Assembly: GCF_963921235.1 (NCBI RefSeq)
Contig: NC_086097.1
Location: 133,116,001-133,180,000, forward strand
DNA: 64,000 nt
From: Mobula hypostoma
Lineage: Eukaryota
Direction: 5' to 3'
Shown: piece by piece, positions 1-13,596 of the stretch
Position numbering within the stretch: the stretch's first letter is position 1
How the letters are laid out: each line of letters begins with the position of its first letter
Translations under genes and position numbers: made by a program
Notes under the pieces: generated by a model
Told to the model about the DNA's origin: nothing
The model's database searches: none
What the model saw: the letters and a program-made list of their open reading frames with translations, nothing else

Positions 1-2946
1 TTCTTGCAGGCATTCACAGTAAGTACAAAGAAAAAAAAGAATCAGTTTTAAAAACTGCACCAAACGCAGAAGCAACCAATGTGCAAAATACAAACAAAAT
101 ACAAAAAGAGAAAAAGATAATAAATATCAAGATAGTCCTTGAAAGTGAATCCATAAGTTCTCACTGTTAAGCAACTCTTGAACAGATCTATTGTACGTTG
201 AAGATTAGCTTTTGAATTGTCAATGTACTTCATTTTGGCCCTTGCAATGTCTCTACCTGCACTGTACTTTGTAAATGTAACGCCTTTTATAATACACTCT
301 GTTATTGCTTTTCCCTTGTGCTGATTGAACTGGTATTCTGAAATGTACTGTCTAGATAGCACTCATTTAGACAGTACTCAAATAGGATTTCATAGTACCT
401 TGTGTCAATAAATAGCTAACAATTCCCATGATAGGATGCCTTGAAGTTGGGAAGATTTACAGTCGCGTTTTTGGAAGTCTGATAGTGACATGGGTTGCAT
501 TCCTTGACCGACCTCTTAACCCTGAATGAATTAATTGACAATCAGTACCCTGGAATAAACAGGCCAGTTACTGGTCCTCCTGTTAGTGTACTGACAGCCA
601 TCTGACAAATTTCACGCTGTCCTTCTGAATATTGCACCACTCCCCCAGCATTACTCAGCCATATCTGTGCTACAGCCTGCGGTTTGCAACAAATAACACT
701 AACGTCACATCCAGCCCACTTCTCACTGCGGTGCAGTGTTGGCATTAGTGAGTCAGGTAGATCTATGAATAAGTCGAGTCTGGTTATAAAAGGAACATTT
801 GTTTTGTATTTGGCTGCAGAATGTGCCATCTCCAAGGCTGGTATTCATTGTCCACTTCTGATTTTCCCTTGAACTGCTGAGTGGCTCATTTTTTTTCCAA
901 GTCTAAGTTTATTGTCACTGAAAAGCTTGCAGCAGCATCACAGACACATGGCATTAGATAGATGCACAACATTCACAAGAAAACATGTATAAGAAAGAAC
1001 AAACCAGTCCACTGAAATACAAAGTGGTTATAGTGTTACTATAACGAGGTAGTGAGTGGAATTATGCAGGTTGGTTTAAGAATCAGATGGTCAAAGGTAG
1101 TTGTTTTTGAACCTGTTGGCATGGAATTTCAGGTTTCTATATTTCTTGTCCAATGGTAGCTACAAGAAGATGGCATGGTCTAGATATTGGGGATCCTTGA
1201 TGGATGTTGCTGCCCTGGGGCAGTGCCTCATGTAGATACTACCGATGTAGGAGATGGTGAGGGAGCCACAATTAATGCTGCCCAGTTTAATGGAGTGTAA
1301 TAGCAGATAGCCTTCTCATTGGTGACAGTTGTTTCATGGCTACTACATACTAAAGTTCTAATTTGTCTTTGGGCCATTACTAACATAAAAATTAGTACTA
1401 AACCCATAACCATTAGCATCATAACCCCCAAGAAGTGTTTTATTGTTAGATTCTTTAACTTGTAGGGAAAAAGTCTGCAGGTTACACAGTATAACAATGG
1501 ACTGTATGGCTCACTGATCATCACATAGCCAATAATATTAAGCCCATTTTGTGCCTTGCTTCACCATTAATTCCCCACCAGTTCTTCTACCACTCAACAA
1601 CAGCTGAGACAATTTACAGCAGTGTATTAACCCATCAACCATTTCTTTGGTGTGTTTGCGGAAATCCACACAGTCATAGGAAGAATATATGTACTCCAAG
1701 CTGTAACCTTCAAAGTCAAGATTGAACCTGGGTCTCTGGAAGTGAGAGGCAGCAACATTAACCACTCTGCCACTGTTCTGCTCCAGCAGATTTCATGTGT
1801 CTTTTTTTTAATATAGCAACCACGAGACTTTCACAACCTCTGGGCATCTCAAGGTGCTTCATAACTGATTGCAGGCTTAAAGTGCAGCTGCTTTCTGCAC
1901 AGCAAGCTGCTGGAGAATTGGCCAGCTGCTGAGGTTTGCCAAGGCTGAGGGATGCGTGAATGTTGACAGATATCCCTCCACCATCAACCATCCCCACTTG
2001 ACTACTGTTCCTCAAACTACTCCTGGGGTCATGGAGGAATCCAGCATAGACACAGGCCCTTCAGTCTTCGTCAGTCACTCAGTTACATTAATCCAACGTT
2101 TGTGCTATTTCTTCATATTCTTTCCACTTCCTGATAAACACCAACTCTATTTTAATTTTACCTCTGCACGAGGGGCAGCTTAACAATTGCCAGTTAAACT
2201 ATGTGTGTGTCTTTGGGTCATGGGAGGAAACTGAAACGTCTGCGAGGAATCAATACAGTCACAGGGAGAATGTGCAAACTCTGCAAAGCTGGTACTGTAT
2301 GTCAGGGTTGATCTCTGGTGTTTGGAACTGTGACACAGCAATACTTTGCTGCCCTAACATTTTGAGATCTTTAACTTCAACCTCGGGAGCAGAAATCTTT
2401 GGGAATGCACCCATTCCCACTGCTCTGTGCTTGGTTTTCAATCTCTGGTGTCTTGAACCCCCGCCAACCTCTTGCTTCAAAGTTGCGAAGGGCAGACAGG
2501 AAGCTGAGCCTATAGCAGATGATCTGTTCCTGAGCACTTTCTGAGTAAACAGTCTTTCAACTAGAGTTAGAGCCATGGAGAAGGTGGGGCTTTCCACAAG
2601 AGTGGGTGCTGGGGTGCCAATTTCTGAAGAACTTGGTGCCATGAGTGTTTACTCAGAGGGGCGTGTGTGTGAGCTGACTGATGTCAGAGGGATGGGACTG
2701 GGCAAGTGAGAGCAGCAGTTGACACTCTGTTTTGCAGTTACAGCAATTGTGGTAACAATACAGTGTTTACTACATACCAAAGTTAAAAGCACTAAAACAT
2801 AAGAGTGGAATACAGGGCCTTCGGCCCACGATGTTGTGCCAGTGTTTGAACCTACTCTAAGATCAATGTAATTCTTCCCTCTTACATAGTCTCCCATTTT
2901 TCTTTTAGCCATGTACCTATCAAAGTCTCTCTAATGTCCCTAATTG

Positions 2947-3261
2947 TGTGGATAGTCAGAGGCTTTACCCCAGGGCTGAAATGGCTGGCATGAGAGGGCA
3001 TAGTTTAAAGGTGCTTGGAAGTAGGTACAGAGGAGATGTCAGGGGTAAGTTTCTTTTTACGCAGAGAGTGGTGAGTGCGTGGAATGGGGTGGCGGTGGTA
3101 GAGGCGGAAATGATAGGGTCTTTTAAGGGACTCCTGGATGGCTACGTGGAGCTTAGAAAAATAGAGGGCTATGGGTAAAGCTTAGGTAGTTCTAAGGTAG
3201 GGACATGCTTGGCACAGCTTTGTGGGCTGAAGGGCTTGTAGTGTGCTGTATGTTTCTATGT
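2947..3261 (+). mobile_element. CR1 3' end inserted within an oppositely oriented CR1 3' fragment (about 2797-3460)
   Basis: RGHSLKVLGSRYRGDVRGKF..FKGLLDGYV; closely similar to 60977-61295. Confidence 0.85.
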
Positions 3262-4634
3262 ACCCACCTACTAATGTATCATCTACTACTGCCACCACAG
3301 ACCCACCTGTTTAAGAATGACTGCCTAGACATCTTTCCTGCTTTCCTTCAATCCCCTAAAATTTCACAGCACCACCCCCCCCCCACCACCACCACCACCC
3401 CTGTGTATTGGCTATTTCTGCCTTGGGAAGATGCACTCTGTCAATTACTGCCCTCTGCATGCTGTAGGCAAGCCAATTCTGAATCCATACAACCAAGTTT
3501 CCCAGGATCCTATGCTCCTACCTTTCTGCATGAGCCTACCAAGTGGAACCTTGTCGCATGTCTTGCTCCACCCACTAACCCACCACTTTATAATTTGTAC
3601 ACTCTCCTGTACCTAATGTCCCCATGTACATATAATCAATCTATGTATATATGCTATCGTGTGTATTTATATTTATTGTTGTGTTCTTTATCTTAGTGCT
3701 TTTTTATGTGCTGTATCAGATCTGGAGTAGCAATTACTTTGTTCCCCTTTACACTTGTGTCCTGGAAATGACATTAAACAATATTGAATCCTGAATTTTA
3801 CATATAGGCTATTTTCAATACTTGCCATGGTATGTTATGTTTTGGGACCATCTGCCTCTGATTCATGGAGTTGCATCTCTTTATTACAAGGTCCACAGTC
3901 CTGTCCTATCAGCTTCCATTTTCTTCAGCCTTTTGTCAATTCCACTTATCACCTTCCTGCGTCTTGTGCCATTCCCATTTCTCCCCCCCCCCACTCTTAT
4001 GAGGATCCACTTGCCAGCTCATGCTCTCCCTTCTATCCACTTTTCATATTAGTTATCTCCCCTCTTTTCAGACCTGACGAAGGGTCTCAACCTGAAAGAA
4101 CACCGACTGTCCTATTTTATCCATGGATACTGCCTGCTTCCTTCAGCCCATAGGTCTTGTGCCAGCTCTTTCACCTACACAGTGTCCAGTTCTAATTTAG
4201 AAATTTTCCACAATTTGCTTCTCCAGTGTTTTTTTCCTTAGGGATAATATTCCAAATAATTGCTTTGAAAGTGCTGAGGTGTTCGATTCCTCTATTTTCC
4301 TGCAATCAGATTGGAGGGCTGCTCTGTTTTGGGACCGTCAATACTTGTAGTTGCACCTGTAGATGTCATAGTTGACTCCTTTGTTTACAATTACCCCCTT
4401 CCTCTCCTCCCCTGCTTGTCCTCCCCACCCTTATTACATCAGGTCTGAGTAATGCTGCAGGTGAGATCATTTGACTTTTCACCTTGCTGGGTATTGCTGT
4501 GGGATTCATCAGCGGTGTGGATAGATGAATCAACTTGGTGTCCCAGGAGTGGCTGGAAATGTACAGACCATAAAAGAACGTTGGTAAAGGAACTAGAATC
4601 AACGCCTGGTTTTTTTATTGTTAATTTTTTTTAA

Positions 4635-4845
4635 ATTTTATTGTAAATAAGTCTTAATTCTTGACCAAGGTTTGAGAGTCAACGAACGATTTATTGTAAA
4701 TATTATTTTGAATATGGACTGAGAGTCAATGCATAATTTATTGTAAATAACTTTATTGAATAAGGACTCGGGGTCAACATTTTTTTGTATGTAAATAACT
4801 TTATTTTGTAATATTTCTGAATAAAGTATATTTTTGGGAAAAAAA
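4635..4845 (+). repeat. Degenerate ~50 bp tandem repeat ending in AATAAA and a short poly(A); possible L1/Tx1-type 3' end
   Basis: tttattgtaaata...gagagtcaa units occur 3-4 times; gaataaagtatatttttgggaaaaaaa at the end. Confidence 0.5.
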
Positions 4846-7800
4846 TGAAATCATTAAGATGAGGTCTAAACACACCTGGCATAGGAGTGGTGGAAAAAAG
4901 ATTATTGGTGTAATGTAGGCATTTATTTTTGATATGGCAAGTTTTTCACTGTTAATTTGGGAACTTGAGGTTTTGTGTAATCAAGGGTGTGCCTCACCCA
5001 AGAGAATCAGATGTCTTGTAGGATATAAAATTTATTACTGTGTGGCAGTACTATAGTGCCAGGACACTAAGTTACTATATGAAGTTACAATAGTGCATAA
5101 AAATGAGGTGGACCCATTCAGAAATCTGACTGTGTAAGGGATGGGTCTTCAGGCTCCTGTACGTCCTGCCCAATGGTGAGATGGTAGGGGGTTGCTTAGT
5201 AATAGTTGCTAATTTCTTGAGCCACTGCCTTTTTGAAGATGATGGTGGGGAAGGTTGTGCCTACGATGGAGGTGGGTGTGACTATAATCCTCTGCAGTGT
5301 CTTGAGATCCTGTGAATTGGTGCCTCTGCACTAGGCAGTCAGTATTCTCCACCATGTACCTAGAAATTTTTTAAAGAGTGGTGACATACCAAATCTCTTC
5401 TAACAAAGTAGAGCTGCTGCTAAGCCCTCTTCATGATATGTACCCCTCAATGTACATAGTGCATGTGTGTCAGAATTTCCCTTCCTGAATTTCACAGTGA
5501 GTTCCAATGGTCTTGCTGACGAGGGGTGCTAGTTGTTGTGACAATGCTAAACTTGCTGATCTATCCTCCTCATATGTGCCTCCTCGTCGCTATCTGAGAT
5601 TTTACCAAATAGATTGGTATCATTGGCAAATTTATAGATGGCATTTGTAGTGCTGTATGTTGACACTCCCTTCAACTTTAATAGTAACACAACATGGTGG
5701 GGCTACACAGTTGAAATGAGAAGGGAGAGTTTAACTGGAGTTGGTAGGCCTGCACTGTAGGAAGAAGGTGGTGAGTTTATGCAGGTAGAGGTGGATTACG
5801 ATATGAAATGGTTGCATTAATCAGTGAGAGGAGAGGGAACTGTGGTATGCTGAGCTACAAAATGATTTGGGGGAGATATTAGCAGAATGTAATTGCTGAT
5901 CTGTAAAATCTGCAGGTTGATGTGTTTAATGTCCCTCCATACTTAATAGGATTAGGGGTGTTAAGATATTTTTAACTTGTGGTGAGTCCAAGTAATGTTT
6001 CTGATATTTTTTTTGACTGACCAGAAGTAGAATGATTGCTGATTGAACCCTCTCTCAGAAAGCCCGTGCCTCACCAAATACCAAATACTTGGTGAAGGAG
6101 AGACTTGGCAACACTCACTAAAGGAGGGCACATTTCATGTTGCTATGACTAGCCTGCTGCAGTCTGTTTACTGTTGTCAAGTTTGGTCAGAAACCCTTGG
6201 ACATGGACAGTCACAGGAAGGGTTACTGCTTGAGTACAGCATACAGTTCTGGTCCATTTCAGAAGGGATGGAAAGCATTCAATGCAATATAGAGGATGCT
6301 TAAGGTTGTTGCTATCTTTGATACCACCAGCCCTAACCTTGCCTGAAGAGACAGTAAAGTAGGGTATTCATTGTTACAGTTCTAGCAGGCTCTTTGGTCA
6401 AGTGGAAATGAAGATGCTGCAAGATTTTACAGCAGTGACTGTGCAAAGCTAATTTAGCCATCAAGGACTTTAGAGACTTGGTGAAAGTCATTATGGAATT
6501 GGATGCCCTTTAAAATTTAAAGTGGAATGACCCATTTATCAAATGCAATGTAAAGCAAATGCTTTCTCTGCATTCTTTGCAGAATTTGGCTGTGACAAGG
6601 TTTGTGCAATTATACAATGGAGTCGTAAGAAACTGCGGATACTGTCAGCATGCAAAAAGCAGAAGCAACTCCAAGGATCAGGCAACATCCATGGAGGGAA
6701 ATGGGCAATCAGAGTTTTGTATTGAGACCTTTCATTGGACTTGAAAGATACTAGCCACCTCTGCTCTTTCAGTCCAAAGGAAGGGCCTCAGCTTGAAACG
6801 TTGATTATCTGGTACCCTCGTGCTACCTGACCTGATGAGTCCCTCCAGTGCCTTTGTGTGCAATTTTGCCATGTCTTTCTGTATTTGGGTCAAGTTCAAA
6901 TTTATTTGCAGAGGCTTGCAAAAGGTATAGGTGTCAAAAACTTTAACTTTTTTTTGTAGCAGCACAGTATATTAAAGATTTGACATTCATATGATAGTTT
7001 TTTTACCCCTTTCGACTATATGTTAAATGACTTGATTTCTACAGCTATGAAGTTGAAGGCTAAGAAGCTGAAGCATGCATTGAAGTGGGACTGAGATTTG
7101 GTTCAGGTGCTGTCCCTTTACCACACAAGCTAAAATGGCGATTAATGAAGGGAGAGGTGCCTGTCACCATCATTTCATCAAAAACATTGTCCAAGGCACT
7201 GAATATAGCTAATTGTCTCCTCTCTGCTTCCTACACCCAAAATTTGCTTTCTCAGTCCCATACCGATCTTTCCTGCAATGCATGTCAACCATAGATGTGT
7301 TGAGTTGGTAAACATAAGCAAGTGGTCTTTGTAATTACTTCCTGAACCCATTCTACTTTAGTTAGGGCTGAAGTGTTCACAGGTCATGTCTATGTAGATC
7401 TTCACACAAGTAAATTTTTTATGCAGGTCAATGGGACTAGCGGAATGATGTTTTGGCACAGACTGGAAGGGCCGAATAGCCTGTTTTCTGTGCTGTAGTG
7501 TTCTATGGTTCTATGGTCATGTGCACAAGTACAGTGAGGTACGGGTACAATGGAAAACATGCTTGCATCTGCATCATAGATGTGTAGTTGATGACAACAC
7601 AGACTATAATTTGTAGATTATACAAGACAGTAAATGGAGACAGAGACATGCCTTTTATTTAATGCACAATCAGGAAGATAACCAAGGTGGTGCGAGAGTT
7701 GGTCTGCAACGTTGCATTGCTGAGGTAGTATTGAGGTTGAGTACAGCCTAATTGGCAAGATCCTAATGGTTATTGGAAAGTAGCAGTTCCTGAAGCTGGT

Positions 7801-8979
7801 GTGAGACTTCGGGCTTCTGGACCTCCTTCCTGAGCAACAGCGAGAAGAAGACGGGGCCCATGTGGTGGGGATCTTTGCTCACAATCCCGAGGAAGCTCCT
7901 TTTGTAAATGCTGTCACTGGTGGGGAGGGCTGTAGCTTGAATGGACTGGGTTGCGTCTACTACATTCCCGGACCTCTTGCATTCCTGTGCATTGGAATTG
8001 CTGTACCATGCCATGATGCAGACAGGATACTCTCAAGATGGACATTAACAACATTGAGCACACCTGTGCAGCTGAAAATCGTGAGTTTCAACACCAGATG
8101 TGCAATCCAACTTTGTTCTGAAATGGTAAATTGGTTTATTATTGTCAAGTGTATGACAGTACTGTTAAAAGTTTTGCTTTGCATGTTATCCATACAGATT
8201 TCATCACATTGCCCCCTCTAGGTAGAACAAGAGAAAATAACAATGCAGAATTCTCTAGGAATTCAGGAAGGAAATGAAGTCAGCTTATCAGCCAAGTTAC
8301 TCAAGATTTCCAGCATCTCCAGAATATCCTGTGTTGTGGAAAGCCGAACAAAGTTACTGAGTATCTCATTTGCAAAAACATAAATATTTTGCTGCCTAAT
8401 AGAATTTCCAAGCCAAGTATTTAACAGTTTAACTTTTATTTCTCTGTGATTTTTTTCCAGGAAAGATTAGATCAGTTTATTGTCATATGCATCCATGGCT
8501 GAAACAACATTTGCAATTCTAAACAACCTTGTGTTGTGGAAGTGAAACTTGAATTGGTAATTGTAGTTGATGGTCAGGCTCAATTCATGACTGCCAGCCA
8601 AAAAGGGGAAATAATTTCCTCATACAGTGTGTTTCAGAGGTCAGGACTGTGCTATTGAATGGGCGCTAGAAGCAAACTTTGGAGGAACCTTACAATGGTT
8701 AAGTAGTAGACGGAGCCTTCAAGGATAGGACTGTGCGGTAGGATTAATTGGATAGCTTTCTCCAATGCACACAAACAATAAGTTTTCAATGCTTATGATT
8801 AATTTTTGCACTGTACCATTTGTGATCTGTTGCAAAGATTTTGAAATCGTTGTTAGGAATAACAGAGGAAATGAATTGACTCATACATCTGAGAATCACC
8901 GGCCTCCTTTTGTTTTTTTTAAAACTCCTGTCTTTATTGCTAAATTTGGAATATTTGCAACAATTAGTCCATGATCCTG

Positions 8980-9512
8980 TGTACAGTATATGGCACTTCA
9001 CTTTGGTGGCCTCCAACCCAAGTTGGAGCATGAACGTTTGAATTCTCCAACCTCTGGCAATGTGCTTCCCTCATGTCCCCTTTCTTCCTCCTTATCTCCC
9101 CTGTTCCTCCTAACTCACCCCATTTTCCCCCATCACCCTGTTTCATCTGCTCCTCTATTCACTGCATCTTCCCTTTACCCACAGACTTCTCCCAGTAGTG
9201 CCTTGCCCAGCAAGCCCATGCTCCACCTTTCTCTAGAGGTTCTATCATCTGCAGCCCTTTGTGGCTTCCACCTATCATCTCCCACCCTCTGCCTATTTCC
9301 ACACTCCCTCCTCTACCTGCTTTTTATCCCTCCTGGCTTGCATCTCATGGAGCCAGTTCTTGCTCCATCCCTTTCTTAACACCGTTTTATAGTTGTTATC
9401 TCCTTTCTATCTTTCAGGCCAGACGAAGTGTCCTGACACAAAAGATTGACTCTCCGTTTCCATTCTTTCCATAAATGCTGCCTGAGCCACTGAGCTGTCC
9501 CAGCATCTAGTG
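8980..9512 (+). mobile_element. Penelope-like element 3' remnant: end of the GIY-YIG ORF, pyrimidine-rich UTR, terminal repeat
   Basis: LHFGGLQP..SMNV/EFSN resembles the PLE C-terminal LG.LQP.GMNI.FSNF motif; followed by a CT-rich tract and the repeat shared with 9527-9760. Confidence 0.6.
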
Positions 9513-9526
9513 ATACATGGGAAAAC

Positions 9527-9760
9527 AAACGAGAAAATCTGCAGATGCTGGAATTCGAAGTAATACTCACAAAATGCTCGAGCAACTCAGCAGGTCAGGC
9601 AGCATCTGTGGAAAAGAGTAAACAGTCAACGTTTCGAGTGGAGACCCTTCATCAAGACCCTTCATCCTGATGAAGGGTCTTGGCCTGAAACGTCGACTGT
9701 TTACCCTTTTCCATAGATGCTGCCTAGCTTGCTGAGATCCCCCAGAATTTTGTGTGTATT
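9527..9760. repeat. Fold-back pair of Penelope-like terminal repeats, each carrying a hammerhead-like core
   Basis: Arm about 9566-9653 is the reverse complement of about 9668-9757. Confidence 0.85.
9665..9699 (+). ncRNA. Minimal type I hammerhead ribozyme-like motif
   Basis: CTGATGA 9667-9673, short stem II agggtcttggcct, GAAA 9687-9690, C-GTC cleavage triplet 9691-9694, gactg stem I strand; the 5' stem I strand is reduced in this copy. Confidence 0.6.
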
Positions 9761-10754
9761 ATTGTGACATATGGTATAGGGTTGTGAGCATACAATTCCA
9801 ACTTGGTTGCCTCATTTTCTTCTTTGTCTTTGTATCGCTCCATCTGTGTTCCTTTGCTTACACAAAGATCAGAATATAAGCAACAGAAACAGGAGTCCTG
9901 CTGAAGCGTTTCAGCCCGAAACGTCGAGTGTACTTTTTTCCATAGATGCTGCCTGGCCTGCTGAGTTCCTCCAGCACTTTGTGCGCATTGCTCGGATTTC
10001 CAGCGTCTGCAGATTTTCTCTTGTTCAGGAATAGACTGTTCACTAAGATCATGACTAAGATGTTGCGGCCTCGTGCACTAAAAGTCTGCATTCTCTTATT
10101 TACCTGCTCACCAAAAACATGGCAATTCAGTCAATAACTTTCTGATTAGGTAGCAGTTGCATGTGCTGACTGTGGTAATCCCTATCTAATTTGCTGTCTG
10201 GCACTCTGGCCAATATTTGTGTTCAATTCATGTTTTTTTGAGGTATGCAATCCACTCATTAAAGATTTTCAGTTCTGGAAATTTGCACAGACTAGGTTCC
10301 TTCTTACAGTTAGTATATAGTTCACTGAAGGTGATGTCACAGGTAGACAGGGTGGTGAAGGAGGCTTTTGGCAGGCTGTTCTTCAGTCATGACATTGAAT
10401 TTGGGGCATTTATGTTGCAGTTCTATAAGATGTTTTGATTCATTTATCTATCACAGGTACCCTGAGACATAGTGAAATGCATTGTTTGCATTAACAACCA
10501 GTGCAACCTGATGTGCTGAGGCAGCCTACAAATGTCGCCACGTATTTTGGCGCCAGTATATCATATCCGTAATGCTCGACAAAGCAACACAGAGCACAAC
10601 TGGTGACAAAACAGCAAAACTAGCCCCGTTCCTCTTTCCACAAATGAGAAAATCTGCAGATGCTGGAAATCCAGGCAACCCACACAAAATGCTGGAGGAA
10701 CTCAGCAGGCCAGACAGCATCTATGGAAAAGAGTACAGTTGATATTTCGAGTTG

Positions 10755-13596
10755 ACTGCCTCAAAAGCAGAGGTGGAGGTGTATGCCTCATGATCAACTC
10801 CCTTGGTGCACAAACGTATCATTGTTGTCCCAATTCTGCTCACCAGACCTAGAATACTTGCAATTAAGTGCCGTCCATTTTACCTGCCACAGAGATTTCA
10901 GCAATTATTTTGGCAACAGTGTACATTCCACATCAGGCCAATGTCAAACAGGCTCAAGATGATCTGAGCCATGGGATCAATATGCATGAAACAACACACC
11001 CTGACACCTTGATCACTTTTGGGGATTTTAATTAGGCCAACTTGAGAAAGTCACTAAATAATTACCATCAGCAAATCACTTGTAGTACCTGAAGAAACAC
11101 ACTGGATCACTGTTACACCATCATCAAGAATACCCACCATGCTATTTTATGCCCTCATTTCAGAATGTCTGATCACCTAACTGTAATTCTATAGGCAGAG
11201 ACTGAAGACTGCAGCACCAGTAGTGAGGACCAAGAAAGTATGAACAAGGAAAGCACAAGAGCACTTACAGGCTTTGAATTGGTAGACTGGACTTAGGGTT
11301 GGCAACTGTCCCATATTAGCCGGGACCGCCCTTGTCCTGTATTTCCCCCGCTAAGGTAGAGCGTTCCTATGAAACCTTGCATGCTGAAATGGCGTAAAGC
11401 GAAGAAGCAATTACCGTTAATTTATATGGGAAAAATTTGAGCGTTCCCAGACCCAAAAAATAACCTACCAAATCATACAAATAACACACAAAACCTAAAA
11501 TAACACTAACATATAGTAAAAGCAGGTATGATATAAATACACAGACTATATAAAGTAGAAATAATGTATGTATAGTGTTGTCGGGAAGATTAAGCCAGAA
11601 CTGATTTGTAGAAAAAAAGCAGTACGTACACGCATGCGCAGGATATACATGCGCACACAAGTGCCCGCGCAAAGCTTCATGGTAGTGTTTCTCGGGGTAA
11701 ACACAAGTGTCCCGTGTTTGACTGCTACTTTTGTCCCTTATTTGGGAGTGAGAAAGTTGGCAACCCTAACTGGACTGTATTCAGGAATTCATCTTTGAAC
11801 CTGGATGAGTATGCTACAGTTGTTACTGACTTCATTACAGTCTTATGTAGATGAGTGTGTGCCGATGAAACCTTGCTGTACATTCCCAAACCAAAAGCTG
11901 TGGATGAACCTGGGGGTCTGTCGTTTGCTGAGGGCTAGATCTGTAGCATTTAAGACTGGTGACCCAGACTCATACGAGAGGGCAATTTCAAGAATGAAGA
12001 GACATTTCTGAGTGAGGTTGGAGGTGGCATCGATGCGCATCAACTCTGACAGGGTTTGCAGGACTTCTTACAAAGCAAACCCAGTAGCATGAATGGCAAC
12101 AATGCTTCACTATCAGCTGAGCTCAAAGCCTTTATGCCTGCTTTGAGAGGGCATAATGAGAGGAGAATATAACTACAACTGTGAAGATCCCTGCTGCACC
12201 CCGGTGACCCTATGATCTTGGTCTCAGATGCTAATGGCAGGCTGTTTTTAAGGAGGGTGATCCTTTGCAAGGTGGCAGGCCCCGATGGAGTACCTGGTAA
12301 GGCTCTCAAAACTTGTGCCAACCAACTGGCAGGGGGCATTTTCAACCTGTCACTGCTATGGTTGGAATTTCCCACCTGCTTCAAAACTCCACAATTATAC
12401 CAGTGTCTAAGAGTAGTGTGAGCTGCCTTAATGACTATTGCCCAGTTGTAATCACATCTACGGTGATGAGATGCTTTGAGAGGTTGGTCATGATGGTCAT
12501 ATGTCAGGATGCTGTTCATTAACTATAGCTCAGTGTTTAACACCATCGTTCCCACAGTCCTGATCAATAAGCTACAAAACCTGGACCTCTGGACCTCCCT
12601 CTGTAATTGAATCCTCAACTTCCTTATTGGAGGACCACAATCTGTGCCGATTGGTGATGGTATCTCCTCACTGACAATCAACACTGGTACAGCTTGAGTG
12701 TCTGGTTAGCCCACGGCCTACTCCCTCTTCAGCCATGACTGTGTGGCTAGGAATAACTTAAATACCATCTATAACGTTGATAATGATACAGCAATTGTTG
12801 GTAGAATGTCGGTTGGAGATGAGAGGGTGTACAGGACCGAGATATACCAGCTAGTTGAGTGGTGTCGCAGCAACAACCTTGTACTCAATGCCTATAAGAC
12901 GAAAGAGATGATTGGAGACTTCAGGAAGGGTAAGACGAGGGAACACGAACCAATCCTCATAGAGGGATCAGAAGTGGAGAGAGTGAGCAATTTCGAGTTC
13001 CTGGGTGTCAAGATTTGAAGCTCTAACCTGGTCCCAACATATTGATGAAGCTGTGAAGAAGGCAATACAGCGGCTATATTTCATTAGGAGTGTGAAGAGA
13101 TTTGGTTTGTCACCTAAAACACTCAGAAACTTCTATAGATGTACTGTGGAGAGCATTCTGACAGGCTGCATCACTGTCTGGTATAGGGCAGGGGCTCTAC
13201 TGCACAGGACTGGAAGAAGCTACAGAGAGTTGTAAAATTAGTCAACTCCATCTTGGGTACTAGCCTCTGTGGTATCCATAGTCAGGAGCGGTGCTTCAGA
13301 AAAATGATGTCCATTATCACGACCCCCATCTCCTAGGATATGCCCTTTTCTCATTGTTACTGTCAGGGAGGAGGTAGAGAAGCCTGAAGAAACAGACTCA
13401 GTGATTCAGGAACAGCTTCTTCCCCTCTGTCCTACAATTCCTAGATGGACATTGAACACACGAACACTACCTCACTTTAAAATATATTTCTGTTTTTGCA
13501 TGTATATACTTTAACTGATTTGCTTAATTTTTCTATATTATGTACTACTGCTAAGTTAACATTTCACAACATGCTGGTGATTAAATTTGATTCTGA
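10755..13596 (+). mobile_element. Degenerate Rex1/Babar-type non-LTR retrotransposon (endonuclease + RT), interrupted by a hAT MITE
   Basis: GGGVCLMINS, PFYLP, VYIP (endonuclease); [73 protein letters not shown]; tgattctga-like tail. Many stops and frameshifts. Confidence 0.88.
11294..11768. mobile_element. Non-autonomous hAT MITE (475 bp)
   Basis: TIRs tagggttggcaact / agttggcaacccta (13/14 match); perfect 8-bp TSD actggact at 11286-11293 and 11769-11776; the Rex sequence resumes on both sides. Confidence 0.92.

Noticed and set aside
4635..4845. CRISPR-like array
   Set aside because: Units are degenerate AT-rich tandem copies without unique spacers; no cas genes; vertebrate context.
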